Below, one piece after another: positions 36,801 through 48,228 of a stretch of 64,000 nucleotides of DNA; the stretch's first letter is position 1, and the number at the start of each line of letters is the position of its first letter. Under the pieces are notes generated by a model. The model searched no databases. It had not been told where the DNA came from and was given only the letters and a program-made list of their open reading frames with translations. The position numbers were made by a program, and so were the translations under genes. This stretch comes from Phoronis australis. Taxonomy: Eukaryota; Animalia; Phoronida. The DNA lies in NCBI GenBank assembly GCA_002633005.1, contig NMRA01000077.1, positions 186,001-250,000 of the forward strand. Reading direction: 5' to 3'.

Positions 36801-39657
36801 TAAGAACGCAGATTGTGTAAAATATAAACGCTATCAAAACTGCCAACAGAAAGGATACGTCAGTGACAACATATGGCCCCTAAATTAGCGCCAGAGGAAC
36901 CACGAAAATTATATCCAAAGAGCCCTTTCATCCCATTGACTACTAAACAATACGTTGAAAGAAAAGTAACAGACGTGTTTTTAAAAACCTTCTTTAATCA
37001 AAATAAACTACATGAAATAGAGCAACACTTTCAAACAGCATAGTAACAGATAATTAAAATCACTGTATCGACGAGAACATCAAACTATTACATGCATATG
37101 TTTAATGTCAACAGTAGTTTCCTGTTAGTTTTAATACGTTTCAATATCAGATCGTCACTGCTACTCCAGCTTGATTCGAGCTCGCTTGTTTCGTCATATC
37201 CCATTTCCTCTACCTATTGATCGGCTTGGTTTTCTTGTAAAAGACCAGCACCTTCAAAAAGGACATCAGGAACGGCATTTCACAAAACCATTCGGGAGTG
37301 TAGTATACATCTTATACCTTTCAACCGTAGGTAAGAGGATCCAAACCGTTTCCCGGATTGGCCGAATCCACTTGACCCCAGAGCAAGGCAACATAATGGG
37401 CTCGTTTGAGCTTGTTCAATAGTGTCTTTCGGCAAGGAGGAAGCAATGCGCCGTCAATCTTCTTGATGTTGGACATCAGCTTTTCCTGAAATAAAAAGTG
37501 AGAAATTTTTATTGACGAGGGACCAATTGTCCAAAAGCTGACGAACCAAAACATAAAACCTCACCACCATTTACTGTTTTTTAAGTATGACGTGAAACTG
37601 GGCCTTTTGGTTTAATGCTCTGAAAACATTTGAAATTATTTTCGTTGCTTTTATGAACTACATTTTATCGATTACAGTTATTTCCTTGTTTATTTTTCCG
37701 GTCATCTCGATTAATTTCAGATTTCTCGCTTCATTGACATCTTTGACTCCTCCCTTCATTAAATAGGAGGCACATGTATTATTCTAACTTTCTTCCGTCT
37801 GGGACATGTACGCTTATTAACTCTAAGAAGAAGCTGATAAGTGTCCCAGATGAGTCTTTCATCAGGATTTCCAGAGGCCTCACTTTCCCTTTCCTATACA
37901 GTGCTGCTGTGACGTCACACCCTGTCACTGAATGCAGGCCAGGCAATGCTGCAGCGAGACCCCTTGTTACCGAAACACGTCGTTGTTTATATATTTATTT
38001 AAATAGCATTGGGACTCCACCGCGTGGCTGCGCGCCAAATTGTACCAAAGTGATTTGTATTTTATCACGGAGGACATTATATCGGCCATCGACAAATGAC
38101 TCCGCGAAACTAAAACACAATACACTACACTGAATTTCGACCTCATGTAAAAATTTCTTCAAAAACTTACCACTATGCGAGTTAACTGTCTCAAATCTTG
38201 ACACCCGTCTGCTTTTCGCTTCTTGTGATCATGAGAGTAAACAAAGGCTTTAGTGAACGAAAGTTTTCTATAATTAGTTTTTGTTTCCTGCGGTCCCACT
38301 TTTTGCAGTTAACTTAATAAATACGCCACTTTTGTCACCAATTGAGAATATTTGTACCTCAATTTCCTGGTGCAATTTTTAACATCTTGTTGTCCAGTTG
38401 TTTGGGTTTCCCACCTGAGTACTTAAACTAGCAGGGGGAAGCTGCATGGACAATTGTAGCTCCATTTTTAAGGTCCTGTCTGGGTTTCTGACCGACTATT
38501 TCCAGAGTAAAATTTGTCTTTCACGGGTCATTGGGTGTTCAGTGCAGCACGATTGTTGGTTTTAAATCAGTTTAAGCCGATACCTTGAAAATCTAACTGT
38601 CTCAAAAATGGCATACCGTGGTTGAGAGTTTTTAGGGTTTCTGCCAGGCACAATCCAGAGTGTATTTTGTCTGCAGGTCATAGCGCACTTGTGACACGTA
38701 TTGAATTTCATGTAATTGTTTTTTTTGTGGTACCTCGAATGTATGTGGTAGCTCATTTTTGGGGGGTCCTTTTTTGGTTTCTGCCGGACCCATTCCATAG
38801 TGCAGTTTGTCTGTCATGGGTCATTCATTGTTCAGTGCGGTACTATTGTTCAGTTTTGGCCGGTACCTCGAATATCTAGTCTAGCTCAAATTTCTGATGG
38901 CATACCATGGTTGAGATTTTTGGGGGTTTCTGCCGGGCACAACCCAGAGTGTATTTTGTCTGTCATAGAGGTTTTAGTGATCTGTAGCATATATTGAGCC
39001 ACATTGAAGTGGTTTTGTGTGGTACCTCGAATGTATGTGGTAGCTCATTTTTGGGGGGTCCTTTTTTGGTTTCTGCCGGACCCATTCCAGAGTGCAATTT
39101 GTCTGTCATGGGTCATTCGGTGTTCAGTGCGNAGTGCGGTACTATTGTTCGTTTTAAATCAGTTTTGGCCGGTACCTCGAATATCTAGTCTAGCTCAAAT
39201 TTCTGATGGCATACCATGGTTGAGATTTTTGGGGGTTTCTGCCGGGCACAACCCAGAGTGTATTTTGTCTGTCATAGGAGTTTTAGTGATCTGTAGCATA
39301 TATTGAGCCACATTGAAGTGGTTTTGTGTGGTACCTCGAATGTATGTGGTAGCTCATTTTTGGGGGGTCCTTTTTTGGTTTCTGCCGGACCCATTCCAGA
39401 GTGCAATTTGTCTGTCATGGGTCATTCGGTGTTCAGTGCGGTACTATTGTTCGTTTCAAATCAGTTTTGGCCGGTACCTCGAATATCTAGTCTAGCGCAT
39501 TTTCTGGGCCCTTTGTAAGGCCCCCAGGGGTCACACCCAGAGTGCAGACAACGGCAGACGTCCATTTCTTTACATACTGAGGTGGACTCTAAATGCTCCC
39601 GTGGTCAGATGTTGGTACCTCGTTCATCTATGCTAAGTGCTCTGGGCTGCCGGTCTA
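33895..39657 (-). mobile_element. Foldback-like AcademX derivative: >1 kb inverted arms built from ~301-bp tandem repeats around a deleted transposase/XPG gene
   Basis: Termini TAGACCGGCAGCCCAG...CTGGGCTGCCGGTCTA, each flanked by TTG (3-bp TSD). Repeat units at ~34042/34343/34645 are mirrored at ~38500-39500. Internal minus-strand remnants: ALPGLHSVTGCDVTAALYRKGKVRP (XPG-like H3TH motif, ~37875-37960) and LLPPCRKTLLNKLKRAHYVALLW..DPLTYG (37321-37554). Confidence 0.85.
35115..36466 (+). mobile_element. HINE copy 6, full length plus two extra 3' termini, inserted in the Academ left arm
   Basis: 5' AACTAGAAAG + palindrome. 3' hairpin modules end at 36348, 36404 and 36466. Academ repeat sequence resumes after 36466. 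Confidence 0.9.
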
Positions 39658-41083
39658 TTGTGGCTAGGCATTGCCGCCCACGATGATTGCAGGGAATTGG
39701 TCAGAATATTAGAGTTCCGTAAAATTATGTTATGCAAGACTATGAAAAGCCAAAGCGGGAAAATTATATGATAGGCTACAAATTTTAAATTCAAGAATTA
39801 AAAACAGGTCAAAACATTTATTATAATCTACAGGACATACAAAAAGAACTCAAAACCAGAATTTCCCCTTACTGAAGAATCAAAAACAGTCCAAACCATT
39901 ATTTTCACCCCGTAAGACTAAAAAACCAGCAGAGGTCAGGACCGAAACTTTAACACGTCAGCATTAAAATTAAACATGCCAGAAACGAAAATTTCACACG
40001 TCAGGAAAATTTCACTTCATGAGACCACGTGATCATCCACAAGCCCGTGATCCCTTTGTGAACGTTCTCGAAGCGTCCTATCTGTGATCAGACAGTCATA
40101 TCTACTTTCTCATAGAAACGCGCGGTTAGTTCGACTCTTAAATTGGGTGACCATTCACTAGAACTGTAAACAGAACGAACTGGAACTATAACCAGAATGA
40201 ACTCTGTGCTTTTTGACATAATTATTGATTTCATCTTACGTCAACACATGTGCAAATAGCATCTAATAGTGGGCACAAACACAATTTAGATCGATTGAAT
40301 TCACATTGTACATTGCGAAATCGAATCTTTTTTAAGTGGGTATGGTAATCTTTTAATTAACTTTCACAACCCCTCTGAAAACAATATAATTGTCCAACAA
40401 GTGTGGCTCCAGTCAAACTGCGAGTGACATAGCACACAAACCGCTTATCCCAGTAGTATCATTTCAGAAATTTTACATGAAATCCATTTGAAAATGAGCT
40501 GATTTTCAGAAATGTCGTTCTGAAAGCACATAACACAAAACCTCAGTCCACCGAAGGTTGCTCGCTGGTTCCCTGCGTGCTTAGCCCAGCCAGCACGCAG
40601 GTATCACGCAGTGGCACGCGCTTCAGCATTGGTCGATGTAACCTCGGCAGTCATTGGTTAGCTTTACAACACCGAGTGAAAAAAATGGCGGACTGTGAAC
40701 GATTTTTAGCCTTGTTATGCAAGTGGCGTCGCAGCTACTATTTCGTTTCTGCAGTGATGTTTAATAGCCGCGTGAATGAAGCACATACGTGTAAAATATA
40801 CACATATCTGGCCGATTTAACCGGTGTGTTATTCATACTGTGTGAATACTGTCGTAAACAAAAGTCATCGACAGTAGATGCATTCCGAAAAGACGCAATC
40901 ACAATTTCTAGGCTTCACATTTCCTGAACATAAATTTTAAGCAACGATTTGTCTGTACAACAGACCACATTTACACTTCAGTCCATCAGTCATGCCAGTT
41001 TGTTTGCGTAAAGCGCTGCCTGTTGAGAATTCGACTAGCCAATCAGAAACGCCGGTGTAAAAAAATTTACCGAGAAAAATTAA

Positions 41084-42539
41084 AGGCCAAGGCAAGTCAT
41101 TTTTAGCAAAACTAAGGTTCTTTGATTATCCCAGACCTATTTTTCACTTAATTACAGCTTTTCGTAATTTAATTAATTACTTGTTCTCTACTCCGGAAGT
41201 GACGTTTTGGGAGGCAAGAATTTCGCGCCAATTTGGTTCTGCTTTGAGTTTACTGTGAGAATCTGTACTACTTTTGCTTTCGTGCCGTTTTTCTAAAATC
41301 GTCCTCACCAATTCCCATCGAAGAGTATTCTACGACAATCTAGGTTGTTAGAGAACTCAAATTACGTTGGATTTAGGGATTGTTTAGTTTGTAGTAACCT
41401 GAAAATGGCTGGAGTCGGCAATCCATACCACAGTGACAGTAGTGAGACATTGCTCATAGCAGTGATGACGAGGAATTTTTTCACGGACAGTCAGTGGGTG
41501 GGTATATGTTTGAGCCCGAGAATAACGAGGCAGAGTACGCACAGGCACAACTTGCCCGAGCGTCCCGCGACACACTCCCATTGGATGGTGACCTGACACC
41601 CAAGCTGCTTAAATCCTGCCGTTGTGACTCCATCGCCACACAACTGGCACCGTCGAAATAGCTCCAATACTTTAGACAAGTCCACAATAAACGTATCAAA
41701 GTTTGGCTCGCCGATCTGTTCATTGGATGACGAACTGTCCTCGTCACTGTGTGTCGAACTGGGCTTGCATTCACTCCCACTACTCAACATCGCTGCAGGG
41801 CTGCTTACAGGCTCTGGGCTAGAGACAACAGCACAGGGCGAATCACTGCTAGCTCCGGAATTGCACGCTCTGGAGGTACGTTCGGAGGCACGGGTGGATG
41901 AAGCCTTGCCTCCAGTCACTGTAGTGGCCACAGCTCGCGAGGCTTCTCGTTTCAAAAACGCACTTCTCGGGGGTGGCGACGGGGCACTGCCTGGATTCAA
42001 CAGCGACGGTATGGCACCGGGCCCTTCTTCAGGCGTTGTTTCGCAGGAACCTTCATCAATTAAGCGTACATATCTCTGTCGTAATCTCAGGACGGCAGAA
42101 AATTCTTGCCACACACTGGGTAACCCTCCACTGCTTTGAACTTTGAGTGGACGGGTAACGCTGCGTTCTTCACAGGAACCAGTCAAATACGGCAAAGTGT
42201 GTCATCGTTCAGAAAGCGATGCAAAGGTGCTTTCAAAGCGCGCGTGAGATGAAAATGAGTACATCCTGGTATACAGCAACAGTGTGGCATGTTGACTGAC
42301 TCGTGAACAAAAGTAAACGACGAACGAACTTGTCACAACCTAGGTAGAACGATGACTGACTCGACAGCTCACAGTCACACTATATGAAAAGAAATTGGCG
42401 CGAAATTTTTGCCTCCCCAAACGTCACATCCGGAGTAGAGGACGAGTAATTAATTAAAAGCTTAATTAAGTGAACAATAGGTCTAAGATCATCAACGCAC
42501 CTTATTTTTGCTAAACATGAAAAGGGGCTGCCTTCGCCT
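41084..42539 (-). mobile_element. Non-autonomous Kolobok-like DNA transposon, copy B (THAP + H2CH remnant)
   Basis: TTAA|AGGCCAAGGCA...TGCCTTCGCCT|GTAA with ~150 bp imperfect TIRs. ORF 41491-42195 contains FIVDLSKVLELFRRCQLCG..GCQVTIQWECVAG. Collinear with 20898-22232. Confidence 0.78.
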
Positions 42540-42679
42540 GTAAGTGATACCTGCGTGCTCGCGGCTACCGCCCCACCCAGCGGCACGCAGGGAAACAGCG
42601 AGCCAAGATTGTAGACCTAAATTCACGCCGACAGGAGGCGGGTTCCAAAACGAGGCTCGATACGATAGCTCTGTTGGCT

Positions 42680-42825
42680 TATCGGCATATTTGTATTCAG
42701 AGCTGCTCGAACGGCTAGAAAAAATACGGACACTCAACTGTCTGTTTTACAATCCCTAAGGACGTTGAGATTCGGAAGCGTTGGGTCGTTGCCATACGCC
42801 GCGACGAAGGAAAATATGTCCGTGT
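42680..42825 (+). pseudogene. THAP-domain exon remnant of a DNA transposon
   Basis: IQSCSNG*KKYGHSTVCFTIPKDVEIRKRWVVAIRRDEGKYVR, followed by a GTAA donor-like site. Typical THAP N-terminal half. Confidence 0.6.
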
Positions 42826-44009
42826 AAAATTTGTGAATGTTGTCGAAAAGTTAGATCATATTTGTTGCATCTCGAGCATTATAGCAACGACCGGAGAATC
42901 TTCGGCCAGACAGGCTGTGTTGTCATGACTACGGGTTGAAACATGATGCACTTTTCTTCTTAAAAAGGACAGAGCCCTCAATCCCTCAATTTTGGGGGGC
43001 CAGGGCACAGGAATAACCAGAATTTCGCCACATGCGCGCGCCCAGCCTAAAATGTAGGGATGTAGGGGTCTCGAAATTTTTTGGTTTGTGGACCTTATTA
43101 CTAAAAAACGTTTCACGGGGTTTGTTCAAGGCTTATGCATTGTGCATTCGCGACACTGGTGGCAATTTGAAAGAGCACAAAATGCTACTTGCGACAGAAC
43201 CTATGATCGGGAGGTAGATTTTTCCCTCACTCGGCGAAAGAAATCCCCTGCCTCTCAGAAGGCACAGGCACCTTTACCCTCGGATTAACGAGGCCCTTGA
43301 AGAAATATGATAACTATGCTTGCTCTGTCCAGGTAACTGAAATGGAGCTCTAAAACGAAATTATGATTTGGACGAACGAATTAGGTGTTTTAATTTTAAA
43401 ATTCAACTTGGTCAAGATTGATATTTGAAATCTAATACATGAAATAGACGTAAGAATTATTAAAACCAAGAAAACAGAACTGATGGTCAAATAATTTTTA
43501 TTTTCATTCATTACGAGCCTGGTTTTTATTTTCAATCATTGCGAGCCTGGTTTTTATTTTAATAAAAAATATATTTAATAACATCAATTATTCTTTCAGA
43601 TCTATGATAAATCAACTGTTAGTCCCGGTTGTCCCTACCTCACCAGGACCTAGGCTTTTGATGTTAATATTCTTGATCAACAAATTAAATCAGATGTGAC
43701 TTATTGCACATGACAGCAAAATGCGATGAGCCACCACAGCTGAATATATGTTCAACTCGTCAACAGTACGAGCAGATGACCTGGTTTGTGTAGAAAGCAT
43801 TTTTATCAACAATTTATAAGAAGAAACGTAACCCTGTACTCGGCATAATACCTAATCCGTAACACTACGACCGCGGCAATTTGGTCATATTTACCCTTCC
43901 ATGTTTCGAACATAGTTTCCGAAAAGAAATATATACCCTTTAGTCAGACAACTCTTTGGTGCATTGACTTGTTATCTAATGTATCTAATGTATTTTTCTA
44001 CGTCTCTGT

Positions 44010-45108
44010 CACAGGCGCTTGGGTTTATCGCAAATGACGTCACTCAATAATATATACAAGAAAACATAAAGGTTGGACACTCGAAATCTGTTTGCTCAGA
44101 ATTTTCTACTCAAATGTGCATGGAACTCCACGAAACTAGCATCGGACAACTCTTAGAATACTTTCTTTCATTCGATCTCTTCAAATTGGCGTCGAGTGGT
44201 GATTTGGCGACAAAAATGCCAAAAGAATGCCAAAATCACAAATTCAAGGACGTGATTCCATGACGTCATGGCAGACGGTCTTCGCACATCCGGGTTTTTG
44301 AAGGACGCTCGCGAGCTAAATCCGAAAGTCTAATTTCGCGCGGCTTTCATCATCAATCCTTCGACTACTTGATCATGAGAAGCAGAGAGTACTTTATTGC
44401 CAAATAAATGTAATTACTCACATGTTTGTGTCAAATATAAATTATCCTGATACTGCATTGATATGCGAAGTTTTTTGTGTGCTGTGATTTCTTATGAAGG
44501 TTTTACTTTTGGCCAAAACCACTGAGTTAACTCGTCGACCACGCGCATTGTAATACTTGCACGGACTGCGTTTCCTGGCCGAGTGCTTCAATAAAAAAAG
44601 TGCGTGATGTCAAGATGAGAAACAAGATACGCCAGTTTATGTAATAAAATTCTAAGTTAAGGGCTAAAATGAGCCGTCAGTGGAATAAAGTTACAAATAA
44701 TCATTAAGATACTAACTTTAACATTCTCAATTAGTAGAGTTTTGGATTAGAATTATTGAATTTGAAATATAGGTTGCTTGCTCAAACTTAAAGTTTCACC
44801 TACGACAGGCGTACAAGTTGAAGCACAACTGAAATCCGCCATGTTTACTATTTCAGGTCCTTGAATTCAGAGTTTTGAGATTGTTTTGGAAATTCCATCG
44901 CCAATTCACCACTCACGAAGACAGTTAAAATATAAGGCTTCGAAGGTTTATGCAACACCAGACTGAGGGAGGTGCACGCAGATTTTATTTGGATTTTGGA
45001 TGGTTGAAGTTGGGAGCCTCGGCCTGGCAAAGTTTAAGTGTCCAACCTTTATGTTTTCTTATGTATATTATTGAGTGACGTCATTTGCGATAAACCCAAG
45101 CGCCTGTG
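44010..45108. mobile_element. P-element-like non-autonomous element (1.1 kb) with ~70 bp TIRs and an 8-bp TSD
   Basis: CACAGGCGCTTGGGTTTATCGCAAATGACGTCACTCAATAAT.. is near-perfectly inverted at ~45038-45108. GTCTCTGT is duplicated at 44002-44009 and 45109-45116. hAT cannot be excluded. Confidence 0.85.
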
Positions 45109-46059
45109 GTCTCTGTGGTTAATTATTGACACAATTTTAAGATTTAATATCCAGGTTGGACTCCAAAGATCGGCCATTTAACTCACGCAATGTCAACTTC
45201 CGCTTTGTTCATCGCAGTGAGCCTCGCTTTGGATTTTAATGTCCGCCGCGTGAATTAGGTCTATATGCACGAAGGTAGCTTTGCTTATGTAGCCAACCAC
45301 AAGCTCAGAAATTCAGAAAGTTCACAGGGCTATATTACGCTTAACCTGGTCATCGATAAAGATGCCACCCAGAAGTGTCGTTTTTGCGTATACGCGATCG
45401 TGCACCTAATACAAACCACGAATTCGTGCAAAAATTGAATTAACAGGTAGAGGGGTTACCAGACTTGGGGAACATAGTTCCTGGGGGACACTGAGTCGAT
45501 GGAAACACCGAGCCGAGGGACATGACGGAGGAGGAATATCTAGACGGGTATCCTCCCAAATTGCCTAATAATATAAATGTTGGATTAATGTCATGCAAAT
45601 TGTTAATACGTTCTTGATAAAACACAGAGGTCTGGAATTAAGACAATGATTCTATCAAGTTATGGAAATTTAATTGTTATTTGGAAACCAAATGTTTTCC
45701 ATTTACACCATTTTGTTACCTAGTTAACTGGCGATGTTGTCAATATGTTGAAACAGTTCTCTTTACAATGTCAACAGCGGTATTAAAGTATTTGCAAAGG
45801 CAGTTTCAAACTTCACCACCACGCGACGCTCATAAATTCAGAAATTTGCCTCAAATTGGCATTTTAATGTTTGTGCCTTTATGATTTTATACGACCTATG
45901 GAGGTATTCTCAGCATTATCGTGCCTAATGGACATCTAATTATTTCGTTGTTTTCAGATATGACCATGCTCAACTTTAAAAGTCAGATTTCATGGAGATT
46001 TTCAATTGCAAATATGTGAACTTCATATTTTTGTAAATACAATGGAAACTATGTACCTT

Positions 46060-46453
46060 CATAGACTATAGTACATGGACCGCCAACTCCGTATATTTTC
46101 AATGGACGAAATCTGTGATCTTACGTATAAGCCGTGACGTCACTATTCACTAGCAACACCTGGCAAAATTAGCAAGTTTTACTTCCGGCAAGTACGTCGT
46201 CTGCTAATCATGGTCGGCTGCTGTGTGGTTTGGTGCCAAAAGTACTCACTATACCAACAGTTCTTTTATTGGAAGACGTTTCAATGCCGAAATTGTCTTT
46301 TTTTTCGTTACTGGACAGTAAAATAGATGCCTGAATTTCCCGTCTCAATAAACTAACCGGAAACTGAAAGTGGTAATTTAGGAGAGTGGCCCCTCCTCTA
46401 GGATACTACGCAAGAAAATGTCGCAGTTGCGAATCTGTTGTCTACAATCTATG
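46060..46453 (+). mobile_element. P-element-like MITE (394 bp) with a 7-bp TSD and a THAP start
   Basis: Termini CATAGACTATAG...CTACAATCTATG. GTACCTT is duplicated at 46053-46059 and 46454-46460. Internal MVGCCVVWCQK at 46210. Confidence 0.75.
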
Positions 46454-47207
46454 GTACCTTTTGCTTCGCCCCTGCAGTGAAATAATTACTAGTCATATTG
46501 GTCCAGTTTTAATGGGGAGTTATATTAGTTACTTGTTATGTGAAATATGTAAACGTAGTCCTTCTGTATTTCTCTGTAGGATGTATATAGATTAATGCAT
46601 GGCGAAGTCATCTACCGTAATTTAGACACCAAGTAGATTTTGGAGAATTAGAGCCCCTGGGGCTAACGCCCCTCGGACGATAAATCTCCAAAATCCACGA
46701 GGGCACTAGATAAGGGGGATAACGACTGAGAACATGCAATGAATCGATCTGCCGTTCTTAACTCGTCTCGGCCTTGGAACTACTTTCTATATCAGAGCCC
46801 CTTGATCAGAGGTCGTGATCTTTTAAGAAACGCGGGGTCGTTCTTGAAATAAGGTGAATATATAAAATAAGTTTTAAGCAAAAAGGTTATCTTACTACTC
46901 ATCTTATCATGCTAAGCTCCTACCGTGAAAATATCGTGGGTTACCACTGGTTTCTGAGTATCGTGTCATGTCAAAGATTCCCGACGACATGTTACTCACA
47001 TTTAAAGTGGGCATGATCGATGATTTTACCAGTGAGAGAAAATTACAGATACGGTGAAAAGTTTACTGAAATACGGATGTCGTTTCTATTGAAATTGTAC
47101 GTCTTATTTTTCTCAGCGTAATAAATGTCGGTACAATGCGATTTTTTGAACATGCGATTATTGCGCATCCTCATTTAAGTATTTAATTTTCACGTAACAT
47201 GACGTCA

Positions 47208-47400
47208 GCTGCTGAATAGCTCAGAGGTTTAGGCGACGGCTGTCGTTACACGAAACCTGAGGGAAGCATGTTCGAAGCCGGCCTCTGTTTGCTGCCAAAA
47301 TGTGAATCAATACGCGTTGACTAACAAAAGGGGTTTATCAACGGTTGTACTGGCCATGTCAGGGTGATTATATGGTATAAAACACAGTTATTGCATCAGG
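47208..47400 (+). mobile_element. tRNA-derived SINE remnant
   Basis: A box TAGCTCAGAGG and B box GTTCGAAGCC at pol III spacing. No intact cloverleaf. Confidence 0.5.
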
Positions 47401-48074
47401 TCATATCATGGATGTATGATAAATGACTGTGACATATTCCAAAGAATACCTCCATTCAACTTTTTGAGTTTCAATTTCACTTTTCTGTTAAATCATGGGG
47501 ATAATTCCATTCGTTGAGCGCGCAGATCGCCATAATTTTGAAATATATAGCACGCTGCTCCGCTGAACAGAAACGAGGCTAACCAGGAAGAGATGTTCAA
47601 GAACACGGGCGTGCGTTCAGTAACGCTAGGACCTAGCTAATATCTAGTCACGTGTTCTCATTTGAAATACACGGCAATATCTCTCATAATCTCTCGAAGT
47701 CTTGCTTTTTATCGAGGTCCTAGCGTTACTGAACGGGAGGTTGGATGACGAGCATTATTTTTAAGCATTATTCATTTACAACTGATGGAAACTCATATGC
47801 AACTGATCTGATCTGCTTGTTAAGGGTCAGGCAGATACCCGTCTGGTCTACAGCGATACAGAATCACAGGTAGATAGTTTACTGAACGTGTCTGACTACC
47901 GGAGGTCATTTCACTAACTTGACTCGTATCGGATCCGCTAGTAGACCACAGAAACTCTCATCAGCTGCTCTATGTTTAATAAAAGCAATTGTAGGCGGTC
48001 TGATACACGTTGTACCAGACCTGCGCAGGCCACTCATGTGGGCCCGTTGCTCTGATCACGTGGGCCCGTTCCTC

Positions 48075-48228
48075 TGATCACCAGGAACTATTTTTGTGCG
48101 TTATTAATATATAGTTAAAACCGAGCTGACGAGCTAGAGGCCTGAAGCAGGGGCTACCAGTGTGTCATAATGGGACACGAACCCACGACCTTGAGTTAAG
48201 GTCACTTATCCGACTAGTCCAAACTGCC
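48075..48228 (-). mobile_element. tRNA-derived SINE remnant
   Basis: Minus strand GGCAGTTTGGACTAGTCGG..GGTCGTGGGTTCGTGTCCC (A and B boxes), followed by a non-tRNA body. Confidence 0.5.

Noticed and set aside
34025-39518. Repeated ~60-100 aa ORFs (VVLCGTSNVCGSSFLG..) that look like a gene family or a CRISPR-like array
   Set aside because: They are translations of the ~301-bp tandem units in the Academ arms. There are no unique spacers and no cas genes, and the DNA is eukaryotic.
47208-48228. Possible tRNA genes
   Set aside because: Only A/B boxes are present, with no complete cloverleaf or acceptor stem. Treated as SINE heads.
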